A stretch of DNA of 64,000 nucleotides from Rickettsiales bacterium (GCA_031288835.1 JAITQO010000006.1:54884-118883); one strand, 5' to 3'; counted from the first letter of the stretch, positions 1 to 11,112 are shown. Program-made: numbers and translations. The notes: generated by a model not told the origin, from the sequence alone.

Positions 1-173
1 GGGGGGACGGGTGGTGGTTCGCGGGCATGGCCAATCATTCCATTGTCGGCGCCGTTCGGCGCCAGAGCGGAATGACGGAGTATGTGTTGTCGATACCATC
101 AGACAACAGGGCAAAATGATGTTTGTCGAAAGTATTGCTTTGGCATGAATGAAAATTATTATAGGATGAAAAA

Positions 174-1442
174 ATGTTGAAAAAATTGAAATCTTTTAAT
201 GCCGGAACTTCGCCGCGGTCGCGCGGTTCCAATGCCGGCAGGCGCGACCGGATCGCGCTGGGGCTGCTGAAATGGAGCGAGGCGCTGATGTTTTTCATGC
301 CAATCCTGCCGGTGATTGTGCTGGTTTATCAGGGCAAGGGCGTGACGCTCGGCGAATTCTTCCTGATTCAGGGGCTGTTTTCTGTCGTCGCGTTTTTGTT
401 CGAGATTCCGTCCGGCTATCTTTCCGACGTTTTCTCGCGCAAAAAGATTCTGGTGCTCGGGGGACTGATACAATTGGCGGCCATGACGTGGCTGATATGG
501 GCCGAGGGATTCTGGGGCGTCATGGCGGTCGAGGCAATGCTGGGCGTCGCGAGCGCCCTGTTTTCCGGAACGAAAGAGGCGTATGTGTTCGATTTGCTGA
601 AGCGGATGAAGCGCGAAAACCAATATGTCAAAGAAAACGGCAGCGTGCAAACGTTCACGCGGGCGGGAACCACTATCGGCACGCTGGTCGGCGGGGCGAT
701 ATACGCGTTCAGCGGCAGCCTGCTGCTGGCGATAGAGGCGCTGTCTGTTCTGATGGCCGTCGGAATGCTGGTCTGGCTGCCCGAATTGCGCGAGGTCAGG
801 CGCAAGGTCGCGCCCGAGTCCAGCCCGATAAAGGATTGCCTGGCCGTGGTGAAAATGTCCGTGAGGCATCCCGAGATAAAATGGCTGATGATTTTCCCCG
901 CTCTTTACGGCGGCTTCACGAAACTGCTGATGTGGGTGATGCAGCCGATGATGGAGGCCGCCCTGGTCCCGGTCGCCCTGTTCGGATTATTCATGGGGTT
1001 GAACCAGGGATTCCGCGCGCTGTTTTCCAAAATCGCGCACCGGCTGCTGGCGTTCATGGGCGCGCGCCGGCTGATGATTCTTTGCATGGCGACGCTCGCC
1101 GCCGGATTCATGCTGGTCGTGGCGGCGATTGAATCGGCCGGACATATGGCGCTGGTTTACGCCATCACGTCGGTTTTCGCCGTCATTCCGGCGATGCAGG
1201 CGATGGTCGCGCTGGTAATGAAGAATTACGTCCACCACAGGATTCAGTCGAACGAGCGCGGGACGATATTGTCGGTGAACGCCATGTTCTCGCAAATCGC
1301 GAGCGGAATCGTCCTGATGCTGGCCAAGCCGGTTATCGACGGCGTCGGAATCGAGGCGGCGATGTTCGTTTGCGTTGCGGCGGCGGCCGTGCTATTGTTT
1401 CCATTGAAAAAGGTTCTGGAAATAAAGGGAATTGAAAAATGA
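174..1442 (+). CDS. MFS-type transporter (12-TM), paralog of 4817..6025
   Basis: 422-aa hydrophobic ORF. Conserved block FLIQGLF..FEIPSGY shared with the second copy. MFS-like TM periodicity. Confidence 0.65.
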   Translation: MLKKLKSFNAGTSPRSRGSNAGRRDRIALGLLKWSEALMFFMPILPVIVLVYQGKGVTLGEFFLIQGLFSVVAFLFEIPSGYLSDVFSRKKILVLGGLIQLAAMTWLIWAEGFWGVMAVEAMLGVASALFSGTKEAYVFDLLKRMKRENQYVKENGSVQTFTRAGTTIGTLVGGAIYAFSGSLLLAIEALSVLMAVGMLVWLPELREVRRKVAPESSPIKDCLAVVKMSVRHPEIKWLMIFPALYGGFTKLLMWVMQPMMEAALVPVALFGLFMGLNQGFRALFSKIAHRLLAFMGARRLMILCMATLAAGFMLVVAAIESAGHMALVYAITSVFAVIPAMQAMVALVMKNYVHHRIQSNERGTILSVNAMFSQIASGIVLMLAKPVIDGVGIEAAMFVCVAAAAVLLFPLKKVLEIKGIEK

Positions 1443-1555
1443 AAAATAATTTTTTGCACGAACTAGAACAGCGGGGGATGATGCGTCCGGGATGCCGCTG
1501 ACCGAGGATGATGTCGACAAAAACCGCGCGGGCCCCTCGAAATACGCCTAGTCCG
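1440..1555 (+). pseudogene. tyrS remnant: first 15 codons of tyrS fused out of frame to an internal tyrS segment
   Basis: 43 of 45 nt match the tyrS start at 2780-2824. After a deletion, nt 1497-1533 match tyrS 3048-3086. The ORF collapses after 20 codons. The ATG overlaps the MFS stop codon. Confidence 0.55.
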
Positions 1556-1925
1556 CCTCGCGGTACGGCCCGGAATCGTAAACCGTGTCGAATTTCACCA
1601 GCTTGCCGCTTTTGTCGAAATACGCGAACAGGCTGCGGTTCTCGAATGTCTGGGATCCGACGAACGCCGCGGCCAGGGCGACAACCGGAATATAGTCTAT
1701 GATTCTGTCGGAAATCGTGATCTTCTGATATTCGTAGACCTCAAGATCCTTGCTGGAAAACTTGCGGACTGGCTCGCCGAATTCGGCGACGACCGCGGCC
1801 CGTGATACATCGTCGCGCGACATGAACTCGCGGACGGAATTCTCGGACCCCAGCCCGCCCGTTCCGACGGACGCCGAGCACGCGGACAAAATCAAGGCCG
1901 TAAAAAGCGGCGCCGGGTTTTTCAT
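1548..1925 (-). CDS. small lipoprotein (signal peptide + Cys)
   Basis: Internal start MKNPAPLFTALILSACSAS gives a lipobox-like LSAC. The annotated upstream extension is Arg-rich junk. Confidence 0.4.
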   Translation of the reverse strand: MKNPAPLFTALILSACSASVGTGGLGSENSVREFMSRDDVSRAAVVAEFGEPVRKFSSKDLEVYEYQKITISDRIIDYIPVVALAAAFVGSQTFENRSLFAYFDKSGKLVKFDTVYDSGPYREAD

Positions 1926-2530
1926 TTCGTTTCCTTTGGCTTCACGTTCATAATTTTGACTGCGAACGGGCGGCCGGATTCCCGCTCGTATTTTTCCTTG
2001 TCCTCGGCGGAGATTTTGTCCGACTTGTCGGCGGCGGCGACGCCGATATTGTATGTTTTCGTGCTGCTGCCCGAAAACAGCCCGCCGCCCTCGCCGGACA
2101 CGTACTGTCCCGTGATGTTCAGGGCGCCCAGGTACGCGAATTCGCCCGATTTGACCGAAAAGCCTATGTCGTGATTCTTGACGATGTCCGACATGGACTG
2201 CCTGGTGCAGATCCGGCCGCCGCAAACGGCGCTGTACGATTCGAAGTTCGCGACCTTATAGCCGCCGGCCGGCAGCATGGCCGCGACCGGCTTCTTTTTT
2301 CCGCCGAACCTGAACTGGTACCGGTTTCCGTCCGCGTCGTCGATTGACACCGTGTCGTGGCCGTCGAGCAGAATATTGTTGGCCGAGAAAACGACGTATC
2401 CGCGTCCGCCCTGCGCGTAAATTTCCGGATTGAATGCCGTCTTGACCTGCGTGAAATCAACGTCGGTGGGATTCTTGGGGATGGAGCATCCGGTTGCAAG
2501 GATGGCGAGCGCCAGCAAATATTTCTTCAT
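1922..2530 (-). CDS. lipoprotein, unknown function
   Basis: MKKYLLALAILATGCS signal peptide with lipobox. 202 aa. Native codon usage. Confidence 0.5.
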   Translation of the reverse strand: MKKYLLALAILATGCSIPKNPTDVDFTQVKTAFNPEIYAQGGRGYVVFSANNILLDGHDTVSIDDADGNRYQFRFGGKKKPVAAMLPAGGYKVANFESYSAVCGGRICTRQSMSDIVKNHDIGFSVKSGEFAYLGALNITGQYVSGEGGGLFSGSSTKTYNIGVAAADKSDKISAEDKEKYERESGRPFAVKIMNVKPKETK

Positions 2531-2779
2531 TATTTTTCCTCAACGGGGCCATTATACATGCGGACGGAAACCATTGCAACAGATTTTTTTCTTTGATTTT
2601 TCGCGGCTTCGCAAGCGGGTTGACTTTCCGCGCGGCGTATTTTATAATCGGAGCGTTATGAAAACATTTTCGTTTTCTTGCCTTTATCTTTACGGCGCGC
2701 CGCGCCGGTAATTTATGCGCCCGAAATCGGGCTTAAACTTTTGATTTTTTTTTGATAAACTTATAAAAAGGAAACGATT

Positions 2780-3994
2780 ATGAAGAATGATTTTTTGCAC
2801 GAACTAGAACAGCGGGGGATGATGTTTCAGGCGTCCGATTTGGACGGCCTGGCCGATTGGCTGAACGGCGGTGGCCGGACAGGATACCTCGGCGTCGACC
2901 CGACCGCGGATTCGTTCCACGTCGGGCATCTGGTTCCCGTCATGATAATGCGCTGGTTCCAGCGTTACGGGCACAGGCCGATAATGCTGGTCGGCGGCGC
3001 CACCGGCCGCATAGGCGACCCCAGCGGGCGCGATACGTCCCGGCTGCTGCTGACCGAGGACGACGTCGATAAAAATCGCGCGGGGCTGCGCAAATGCTAC
3101 GAGCAGTTCATAAGGTTCGGCAACGGCGCGTCCGACGCGATTATGGTCGACAACTACGACTGGCACAAGAACTTCTCGCATCTCGATTTTCTGCGCGAAT
3201 TCGGAACCAGCTTCACCATTCCCAAAATGCTGGCCATGGAGAGCGTCAAAAAACGGCTTGAAAACGACATGAGTTTCCTGGAGTTCAACTATATGCCCCT
3301 GCAGGCGGTGGACTTTTTGGAATTGTTCGACGAATACGACTGCCGCCTGCAATTGTGCGGCGCGGACCAATGGGGCAATTCCGTCGCCGGAATCAGTTTG
3401 ATTAGGAGAAAGAGACAGGCTGAGAGTTTCGTCCTGTCGACGCCGCTGATAACCGATTCCAGCGGAAATAAAATCGGCAAAACCGCCGGCAATGCGGTCT
3501 GGGTCGGCGCCGACAAATTATCGCCGTTCGATTACTATCAGTATTTCAGAAATATTCCGGACGATTTGGTCGAAAAGTTTCTGAAAATATTCACGGAGCT
3601 GCCGATGGACGAAATCGCGCGGCTGGCGGGGCTGCGCGACGCCGAATTGAATGAGGCGAAAAAAATCCTGGCGTTCGAGGCGGCGAAAATCGCGCACGGC
3701 GAACGGGCGGCGGCGGACGCGGCGGACGCGGCGGCGTCGCTGTTCGGCGGCGGGGCGGCCGACGGGAATATTCCGAGCATGAAAATAAAGGCCGAGCTGC
3801 CTATGCCGGCGCTCGACTTCGCGATGCTGACGGGACTGTTTTCGTCGAAGTCCGAGGCGCGCCGCGCCATCGGGCAAGGCGGGCTTTCAATCGGCGGCCT
3901 CCGCGTCGCGGGCGCGGAGGCCGTCGTCCTGCCCGCGCGGGAACTTCTGGTGCAGAAAGGAAAGAAAACTTTCTTGAAGGTGATTGTAAAATAA
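2780..3994 (+). CDS. tyrS: tyrosyl-tRNA synthetase
   Basis: HVGH-type motif (FHVGHLVP), KMSKS-like region and C-terminal S4-like domain. 404 aa. Confidence 0.9.
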   Translation: MKNDFLHELEQRGMMFQASDLDGLADWLNGGGRTGYLGVDPTADSFHVGHLVPVMIMRWFQRYGHRPIMLVGGATGRIGDPSGRDTSRLLLTEDDVDKNRAGLRKCYEQFIRFGNGASDAIMVDNYDWHKNFSHLDFLREFGTSFTIPKMLAMESVKKRLENDMSFLEFNYMPLQAVDFLELFDEYDCRLQLCGADQWGNSVAGISLIRRKRQAESFVLSTPLITDSSGNKIGKTAGNAVWVGADKLSPFDYYQYFRNIPDDLVEKFLKIFTELPMDEIARLAGLRDAELNEAKKILAFEAAKIAHGERAAADAADAAASLFGGGAADGNIPSMKIKAELPMPALDFAMLTGLFSSKSEARRAIGQGGLSIGGLRVAGAEAVVLPARELLVQKGKKTFLKVIVK

Positions 3995-4006
3995 AAGGAA
4001 CCTATT

Positions 4007-4795
4007 ATGAAAAAACAAAAATTTCCAATCTTGGAATTCGACCAGGGACGGGACGCCGTCATCGACCCGCGCAAAATAATCCGAAAAATCCGCGGGATGC
4101 CGGAATACTGCGTTCTTTGCTTTTTTGACGAGGCTATTAAAAAACTGGTCAAAAAATATCCGCACGAAACCGTGTCGTATTTCAAGTCGGACGGCGGCAT
4201 TAAGAAACCGATTTACAAGGTCAAGGTCGGAAATAAAAACGTATGCCTGACGGCCGCCTTGCTGGGAGGCCCGTTCGCCGTCGGACAAATAGAGGAAATA
4301 AGCGCGATGGGGTGCAAAAAGTTTCTGGCCGTCGGGTCGTGCGGCGTGATAGACAAGGAGCACCAATACGGAAAACTGATAATACCGGCGGTCGCGGTCA
4401 GGGACGAAGGCGCCAGTTATCACTACGTGAAGCCGTCCCGCGAAATCAGTATGAGCGGGCGCATAGTCGAATCGATAGAAAAATATTTCATCAAAAACAA
4501 ACTTCCGTATATCAAGGGAAAAACCTGGACGACGGACGCGCTCTATCGCGAGACAAAGGACAAAATCGCCCTTCGTAAATCCGATGGATGCGTATCTGTC
4601 GACATGGAATGCGCGAGCTATCTGGCCGCGGCGCGATACAACAACGTTTCGTTCGGACAGATTCTGTATGCCGCCGATTGCATCGGCGGGGCGGAATGGA
4701 ACGACAGGAAAAGGCGCGAAACAAAGGCGAACGTGCTGCGCACGAGATACGAGCTGTCGGAGCACGCGCTGAAAATCGTACAACAATTCCGGTGA
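4007..4795 (+). CDS. nucleoside phosphorylase family protein (PNP_UDP_1-like)
   Basis: GSCG...IPAVAVRDEG...VDMECASY pattern typical of uridine/purine nucleoside phosphorylase and MTA nucleosidase folds. Confidence 0.5.
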   Translation: MKKQKFPILEFDQGRDAVIDPRKIIRKIRGMPEYCVLCFFDEAIKKLVKKYPHETVSYFKSDGGIKKPIYKVKVGNKNVCLTAALLGGPFAVGQIEEISAMGCKKFLAVGSCGVIDKEHQYGKLIIPAVAVRDEGASYHYVKPSREISMSGRIVESIEKYFIKNKLPYIKGKTWTTDALYRETKDKIALRKSDGCVSVDMECASYLAAARYNNVSFGQILYAADCIGGAEWNDRKRRETKANVLRTRYELSEHALKIVQQFR

Positions 4796-4816
4796 AGAAA
4801 ATCGTGGTGAAATGAA

Positions 4817-6025
4817 ATGAATCGCGCGGCGGACAGGTCGGACAAAAAGGCGCTCGGCCTGCTGAAATGGGGCGAGTTTTTCAAGGATTTCATGCTGGTC
4901 CTGCCGGTCGCGACGCTTCTTTACCAAAGCAAGGGCATCACCGTCGGCGACTTTTTTCTGATTCAGGGAATGTTCCGCGTCACGTCGTTTCTGTTTGAAA
5001 TCCCGTCCGGATACATATCCGGCGCGATGTCCGGAAGAAAGGTTTTGCTTTTGGGCGCGACGATTTGGTTCGCGGCGCTCGCGTGTTTGTTCCGGGCGCA
5101 CGGATTCTGGCAAATCGCCGCGTGCGAGATGGCGATGGGGCTGTCCTATGCCCTTTTTTCCGAAACGCAGGAGGCATACGCATACGACCTGTTGAAACGA
5201 ATGGGGCGCGAAAAGGACTTTATAAAAGAAAACGGCGGCATCATGGCGTTCTCGCAGGCGGCGTCCGTTATCGGCGTTCTTCTCGGCGGATACCTTTACG
5301 CGTTCGTCGGGGATTTTATCATCGCAATCGAGGCGGCCGCGGCGTTTCTGGCCGTCATCTGCGCGTGGCAGCTGCCCGAACTGGCGGAGGACGAAAGAAA
5401 AACCGCGCCGGAATCGTCGCCGCTGCGCCGCCTGGCGGGCGTGATTAAAACGTCCGCGACGCATCCGGAAATAAAATGGCTTTTGATTTTTCCGGCGCTA
5501 TCCGGCTCGTTCGCCGTCGTCCTGATGTGGATTTTGCAGCCGGCGATGGAGGCGGCGCGCGTTCCGGTCGCGATGTTCGGAATATTCCTCGGGCTCAACC
5601 AGTCCGCGCGCGCGGCGCTTTCCAAATGCGCGCGTATAATCGCCGGCGCGTTCGGCGGAAAAAAAATATTGCCCGGCTGCGTCCTCGCGCTCGCGGCCGC
5701 GCTCGGCGCGGTTGCCGCGATGCCGCATGCCGGCGACATGGCGGCGGTCTACGCCCTGTGCGCGTTCGCCGCGATTGTCCCGGCGGCGCATTCGTTGTGC
5801 AAGACGGTGACGGGCAATTATATCCGCGAAAGAATAAGGCCGGCCGAGCTCGGGGCCGTCATGTCCGCCGGAGGGATGTATTCCATGTTTCTAAGCGGCG
5901 GAATGCTGATGCTGATGAAGCCTCTTCTGGACGGGTTTGGAATCCGGACGGCCATGCTCGCCGCTCTGTCCGCGCTCGCAATAACGCTGGTTCCTTTAGG
6001 AAAAATCCTAAGGATGAAGTCATAG
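4817..6025 (+). CDS. MFS-type transporter, paralog of 174..1442
   Basis: 402 aa. Shares LGLLKW, FLIQG.F, FEIPSGY, YDLLKRM, PESSP and HPEIKWL blocks with the first copy. Confidence 0.65.
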   Translation: MNRAADRSDKKALGLLKWGEFFKDFMLVLPVATLLYQSKGITVGDFFLIQGMFRVTSFLFEIPSGYISGAMSGRKVLLLGATIWFAALACLFRAHGFWQIAACEMAMGLSYALFSETQEAYAYDLLKRMGREKDFIKENGGIMAFSQAASVIGVLLGGYLYAFVGDFIIAIEAAAAFLAVICAWQLPELAEDERKTAPESSPLRRLAGVIKTSATHPEIKWLLIFPALSGSFAVVLMWILQPAMEAARVPVAMFGIFLGLNQSARAALSKCARIIAGAFGGKKILPGCVLALAAALGAVAAMPHAGDMAAVYALCAFAAIVPAAHSLCKTVTGNYIRERIRPAELGAVMSAGGMYSMFLSGGMLMLMKPLLDGFGIRTAMLAALSALAITLVPLGKILRMKS

Positions 6026-6464
6026 TCCGCCGTCCGCCGCGGCGTTCTTTCCCGAAAAGATATTCCTTTTCCGCAATTTTATTGAAAAAATCATTCAAGA
6101 AGAACAACTGAAATCTCGCGCGAACCTGCCGGCAAAGAGACTGGGAATCAAAAAAAACCTGGCGATGGATTTAATCGCGGGAAAAAGCATACATATTTGG
6201 AAAAAGGAGCCCTGCTGGATTTTTCCGCGAAACTGATTGCAAAGCGCCTTGGAATGAAAAAAAGCCAAATCAGGCAAAGCACGCCTGTTCCCAATCTATG
6301 CGGCGGCCCGAGAGGCGAATGCGCCTATTATCTGGCGCGGAAACTGAACCTGCCCTTCGACGCCTTGGACGATTTTCCGGTTCCGCGGACAATCGAAGAC
6401 GTGTATAAAATGATTCTGGCAAGGAAATGCCCGCCCGCCGATTCCCGCTAAGGCGCGCCCGCGC

Positions 6465-7478
6465 CTATCCGATAAGTTTTCCGATTTCCGCGGCCGTGTC
6501 GCACATGCGGTTCGAAAAACCCCATTCGTTGTCATACCACGACGCGATGTGAAGCGTCCTTTCGCCGACGATTTTCGTCATCGTCGCGTCAAAAATCGAA
6601 CTGCGGCTGTCATGGATGAAATCGGACGACACCAGCGGAATCTCGCTGTAGCCGAGGATTCCTTTCAATTCGTTTTCCGCGGCGCGCCTCATCGCGGCGT
6701 TCACCTCGTCCGCGGACGCCTTGTTTTCCAGCCGCACAATCAGTTCGGTAATCGAAACGTCGGGCGTCGGAACGCGGATTGCGGTTCCGTTCAGCCTGCC
6801 GTCCAGATTCGGCAGAACCACGCCGATTGCCTTCGCTGCGCCCGTCGACGACGGGATGATGTTTATCGCCGCCGCGCGCGCGCGGCGGAAATCCGGATGA
6901 TTCCTGTCCAGCAGCTGCTGGTCGCCGGTGTATGAGTGAACCGTCGTCATCCATCCCTCGGCTATGCCGAACTTTTCGTCGACGACGCGCGCGATTGGCG
7001 CCAGGCAATTCGTCGTGCACGAGCCGTTCGAGACAATCAAATCCGTCTTCTTCAGCGTTTTGTCGTTGATGCCATAAACGATTGTGGCGTCCGCCCCGTC
7101 GGACGGCGCGGAAACCAGAACGCGCTTCGCGCCCGCGTCCAAATGAACCCGCGCCTTTTCCGCCGACGCGAACAATCCGGTGCATTCCATGACTATGTCG
7201 ACGCCCAGCTCTTTCCACGGCAGATTCGACGGGGTCCGCTCCGCGATGACTTTTATTTCGCGCGCGCCGACACGAATCGCGTCGCCGTCCGCCCTGACGG
7301 GGGTTTCGAGTTTCCCGTGAACCGAATCATATTCCAGCAGGAACGCGGACTGGTCCGCCGGCATCAGGTCGTTGACGGCGACGAACTCCAAATCATCCCT
7401 TTTTGATTCCAGCGCGGCGCGAAGAACCAGGCGCCCGATTCTGCCGAATCCGTTTATCGCAACTTTCGTTTTGCTCAT
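6465..7478 (-). CDS. gap: glyceraldehyde-3-phosphate dehydrogenase
   Basis: N-terminal INGFGRIGR Rossmann motif. Catalytic SNGSCTTNCLAP. 337 aa. Confidence 0.9.
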   Translation of the reverse strand: MSKTKVAINGFGRIGRLVLRAALESKRDDLEFVAVNDLMPADQSAFLLEYDSVHGKLETPVRADGDAIRVGAREIKVIAERTPSNLPWKELGVDIVMECTGLFASAEKARVHLDAGAKRVLVSAPSDGADATIVYGINDKTLKKTDLIVSNGSCTTNCLAPIARVVDEKFGIAEGWMTTVHSYTGDQQLLDRNHPDFRRARAAAINIIPSSTGAAKAIGVVLPNLDGRLNGTAIRVPTPDVSITELIVRLENKASADEVNAAMRRAAENELKGILGYSEIPLVSSDFIHDSRSSIFDATMTKIVGERTLHIASWYDNEWGFSNRMCDTAAEIGKLIG

Positions 7479-7586
7479 ATTTTTCCCCTTTTTCGTTTAG
7501 AAAGGAATCAAGGACGGGTGGGTGGCAAGTTCATGGATAAAAAACTTTTTTAATTTCATGCGCTCGCCATCCCCCGCCCCTACCCC

Positions 7587-7615
7587 TGGACAATGGTATA
7601 TTTACATTTTATAAT
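7587..7615 (+). promoter_or_regulatory. sigma70-like promoter: TGGACA, 17-bp spacer, TATAAT, about 10 nt upstream of the miaA ATG (near-leaderless)
   Basis: Exact TATAAT at 7610-7615. TGGACA at 7587-7592. 17-nt spacer. Confidence 0.3.
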
Positions 7616-7625
7616 ACGGATTGCA

Positions 7626-8492
7626 ATGGTAAAAAAATCATATGTGATTGCCGGGCCGACGGCATCCGGCAAGTCGGATTTCGCGCACAAACTGGCAAAG
7701 CGCGTCGGCGGAACAATCATAAACGCGGATTCCGTGCAGATTTACCGGGGGATTGAGAACATATCGGCCAACCCCTTGTCCATCGTCCCCCGCTCCTCGT
7801 CCCTTGTCGACGGCGTGCCGCACAAGTTGTTCTCTATCAGGGATTTGTCGGAACAGATAACCGTGGCCGATTATCTTAAGATGGCGCGCGCGGAATACGA
7901 CGCGGCGGACGTTCCGATTTTCGTCGGCGGCAGCGGATACTACATCGGCGCGCTGCTGTATGGAATATCGCCGATTCCGAGCGTATCCGCGGAAAACCGC
8001 GCGCGCGCGCGGAAAATGGTGTCCGAGGCGCCGGACGCCGCAAGGAAACTCACGGATTTCGAGTTTCACGACCCGCAGCGCATGATGCGCGCGCTGGAGG
8101 TTTTTCTGGAAACCGGCCTCTCGATTTCCGAATGGCAGAAACTGCCCCGCGCCGGGGCGCTTGTTCCCGCGCCGTTTCGCATTTTGGTCGCGCCGCCGAA
8201 CGACATTCTGGACGGGCGGATAAGGGATAGGCTCAAAATCATGCTGGACGACGGCGGGATGGACGAAGTAGCGAAGCATATCGACTTTCCGGACCGCGCG
8301 ATTGGAATCGACGAAATCGGAAAATACATCAGGGGCGAAATATCGATGGAGCAGGCGCTGGAAAACTGGGCGACGCGCACAAGGAGATACGCGAAGCGCC
8401 AGAGGACGTGGTTCAAGAATCAATACGCCGCGGACATGATAATCCCGCGCGTTCCGACGGACAAGGATTTGGAAGATGTTCTCGGCCGGTGA
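7626..8492 (+). CDS. miaA: tRNA dimethylallyltransferase
   Basis: P-loop GPTASGKS at the N-terminus, then the DSVQIYRG motif. Likely start at the second Met (MVKKSYVIAGPTASGKS). Confidence 0.85.
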   Translation: MVKKSYVIAGPTASGKSDFAHKLAKRVGGTIINADSVQIYRGIENISANPLSIVPRSSSLVDGVPHKLFSIRDLSEQITVADYLKMARAEYDAADVPIFVGGSGYYIGALLYGISPIPSVSAENRARARKMVSEAPDAARKLTDFEFHDPQRMMRALEVFLETGLSISEWQKLPRAGALVPAPFRILVAPPNDILDGRIRDRLKIMLDDGGMDEVAKHIDFPDRAIGIDEIGKYIRGEISMEQALENWATRTRRYAKRQRTWFKNQYAADMIIPRVPTDKDLEDVLGR

Positions 8493-9438
8493 AATAGCGA
8501 AAGTCCTGATTCCGAACGAAGCGAACCGCGGGTTCGATTACAGGCTGTCCGAGCCCGCCGGAATCGGCGACTTCGTTTCCGTATCCGTCCAGAACAAAGT
8601 TTACGACGGCCTTGTCGTCGGCGCGGGCGACGGGAACGTGCCGCTGGAAAAAATCAAGCCCGTGCTGGCGCGCCACGGGCTCTCGCTGCCGGAAAAAACG
8701 ATTGCATGGATAATGAGAATGTCCGACTGGACGATGATGCCGCCCGGCAACGTTCTGAAACTGATGACGGGCGCCGCGGATTTCCGAAGCGCGATGCGGG
8801 AGGGCAAGGAGGCGGATTACCGCGATACGGGCGCGGTGCGCCTGAACGACGAGCAGAGGGCGGCGGCGGACGCGATAAAACTGGACGGATTCCGCGTTCA
8901 TCTGCTGGACGGAATAACGGGCAGCGGAAAGACGCAGGTTTATTTCGACGCGGTTCTGCGCGCATACGGCGCGGGAAAATCGGTTCTGATGATGATGCCG
9001 GAAATCGCGCTGACCGCGCAGTTCATGGGGCGCTTCAAGGACAGGTTCGGGGCGGAGCCGGCGGTGTGGCACAGCGGCCTCACGCCCGCGCGGCGGCGCG
9101 GAATCTGGCGCGGCGTCATCGGGGGAAAAATCAAAATCGTCGTCGGCACGCGGTCGGCCCTGTTCCTGCCGTGGCGGGACCTGGGACTGATTGTGGTCGA
9201 CGAGGAGCACGATTCGTCATACAAGCAGGAAGACATGGGGAACTACCACGCGCGGGATATGGCGATTCTGCTGGCGAAAATCGCGGGCTTTCCGGTGATT
9301 CTGGCGTCCGCCACGCCGTCGTTCGAGACAATCAAAAACGTCCGCGCCGGAAAATACGAATGCTCCAGATTGACATCCAGATTCGGCGGCGCTACACTTC
9401 CGCGGATTGAGGTTGTGGATATGAGAAAGAAGTTATGA
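8476..9438 (+). pseudogene. priA: primosomal protein N' (PriA), truncated to the N-terminal 320 aa
   Basis: Contains the 3'-DNA-binding N-terminal domain, Walker A GITGSGKT and Walker B DEEH. It stops (TGA) at the first base of a MITE. The helicase C-lobe, Cys-rich Zn region and C-terminal domain are absent. Confidence 0.7.
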
Positions 9439-9542
9439 GTTATAAGCCATAAGCCGGCAAAGTTTGCAGGCGGTGCGATATTCTATAAAAACGTGCCTGC
9501 GTGACGCAAAGGCTTATAATTTATAGCTTATAATTCATAACT
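9439..9542. mobile_element. MITE-like element (~105 bp) with ~24-bp terminal inverted repeats TTATAAGCTATAAATTATAAG, copy A
   Basis: About 85% identical to 26786..26889. The ends are inverted complements. It sits exactly between the truncated priA stop and the comM start. Confidence 0.55.
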
Positions 9543-9549
9543 AAAAAAG

Positions 9550-11064
9550 ATGCTTACGCTAAAAACCCTCATCTTCAACGGAATGACGCCGACGCCGATT
9601 GACGTCCAGGTGCAGCTGACCGGCGGGCTGATTCATCCGAAGGAGCCGTTCGCAATCGTCGGGCTTGCGGACAAGGCGGTCAGCGAATCAAGGGAAAGGA
9701 TTAGAAACGCCCTGTTTTCGATGAACCTGTCCCTGCCGCCGCAGAAAATCACCGTCAATCTTGCGCCGGCGGACATCGAAAAGTCCGGCTCGCATTTCGA
9801 TTTGCCGATTTTATGCGGGATTTTGTGCGCGCTCGGGACATTGCCCGAAAAGGAACTGTCGAAATATGTCATTCTGGGCGAGGTTGGTCTGGACGGAACG
9901 ATTCTGAAATCCCCGTCCGTTCTGCCGGCAAGCGTCCACGCCGCAAAAAACAAACTCGGCATAATCTGCCCCGGGGCGAACGGCGCGGAGGCAAGATGGG
10001 CGGGACATGCGAATATTCTGGCGCCGACGCACATCCTGTCGCTAATCAATCATTTTCGCGGAACGCAAATACTGCCCGTTCCGCGGGCGGACCCGGCCTC
10101 GAAACGCGAAGGACAGGATGCGGATTTTTCCGAGGTAAGGGGGCAGACGGCCGCGAAAAGGGCGCTTGAAATCGCGGCGGCCGGCGGGCACGCGGCGCTG
10201 ATGATCGGACCTCCGGGCGCGGGCAAGACGATGCTGGCCTCGAGGCTGCCGTCCATATTGCCCGACATGACGGCGGACGAGATTTTGGAAACGTCGATTC
10301 TGTATTCAATCGCCGGAAAACTGGAAAGCGGCGGACTGGTGTCCGAGCGGCCGTTCCGCCCCGTGCACCACAGCGCGTCGTCCGTCGCGCTGGCGGGCGG
10401 CGGCGCGAACGCCAGGCCGGGCGAGATTTCGCTGGCGCACAACGGCGTTCTGTTTCTGGACGAACTGCCCGAGTTCGGCCGCCAGACTTTGGAAATCCTG
10501 CGCCAGCCGATGGAGGCGGGAAAAATCCTGGTTTCCCGCGCCAAGACGCAGGCGGAATACCCGGCGCGGTTCCAGTTGGTCGCGGCGATGAACCCGTGCC
10601 CGTGCGGACACCTGAAGAATCCGAAGATGTCGTGCAGCAAGGCGCCACGCTGCGCCGAGGCGTATCAGAACAGGATTTCGGGGCCGCTGCTCGACCGCAT
10701 CGACTTGCACATAGATGTCGACGCCGTGAACCCGTGGGAAATGTCCGATGACGCGAAGCCTGCGGAGAGCAGCGCGGACATACGCCGGCGCGTCGCCGCG
10801 GCGCGCGACAGGCAGCTGATGAGACAGGGGGTTCTGAACGCGCGCCTGGACGGGAAAAAGCTGGACGGGTTCGCGAAGATTGACGGCGATGCGCTGCGGC
10901 TGCTGAACGATGCGGCGGAGAAAATGGGTCTGTCGGCAAGGGGATACAACCGGATAAGGCGGGTCGCGCGGACAATCGCCGACCTGCGCGGCTCGGAAAC
11001 CGCGGACGCGGCCGACATAGCCGTGGCGCTTTCCTACCGCCCAATCAACAGGGGAGGGTTTTAA
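9550..11064 (+). CDS. comM: Mg-chelatase-like AAA+ ATPase (ComM/YifB family)
   Basis: N-terminal Lon-like domain. Walker A GPPGAGKT, Walker B LFLDELPEF. C-terminal Mg_chelatase_C region. Confidence 0.85.
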   Translation: MLTLKTLIFNGMTPTPIDVQVQLTGGLIHPKEPFAIVGLADKAVSESRERIRNALFSMNLSLPPQKITVNLAPADIEKSGSHFDLPILCGILCALGTLPEKELSKYVILGEVGLDGTILKSPSVLPASVHAAKNKLGIICPGANGAEARWAGHANILAPTHILSLINHFRGTQILPVPRADPASKREGQDADFSEVRGQTAAKRALEIAAAGGHAALMIGPPGAGKTMLASRLPSILPDMTADEILETSILYSIAGKLESGGLVSERPFRPVHHSASSVALAGGGANARPGEISLAHNGVLFLDELPEFGRQTLEILRQPMEAGKILVSRAKTQAEYPARFQLVAAMNPCPCGHLKNPKMSCSKAPRCAEAYQNRISGPLLDRIDLHIDVDAVNPWEMSDDAKPAESSADIRRRVAAARDRQLMRQGVLNARLDGKKLDGFAKIDGDALRLLNDAAEKMGLSARGYNRIRRVARTIADLRGSETADAADIAVALSYRPINRGGF

Positions 11065-11112
11065 CGCGCGCCGCGGGGCGTTCCAACGATGTCCCCGGCA
11101 TATCTTCGCATA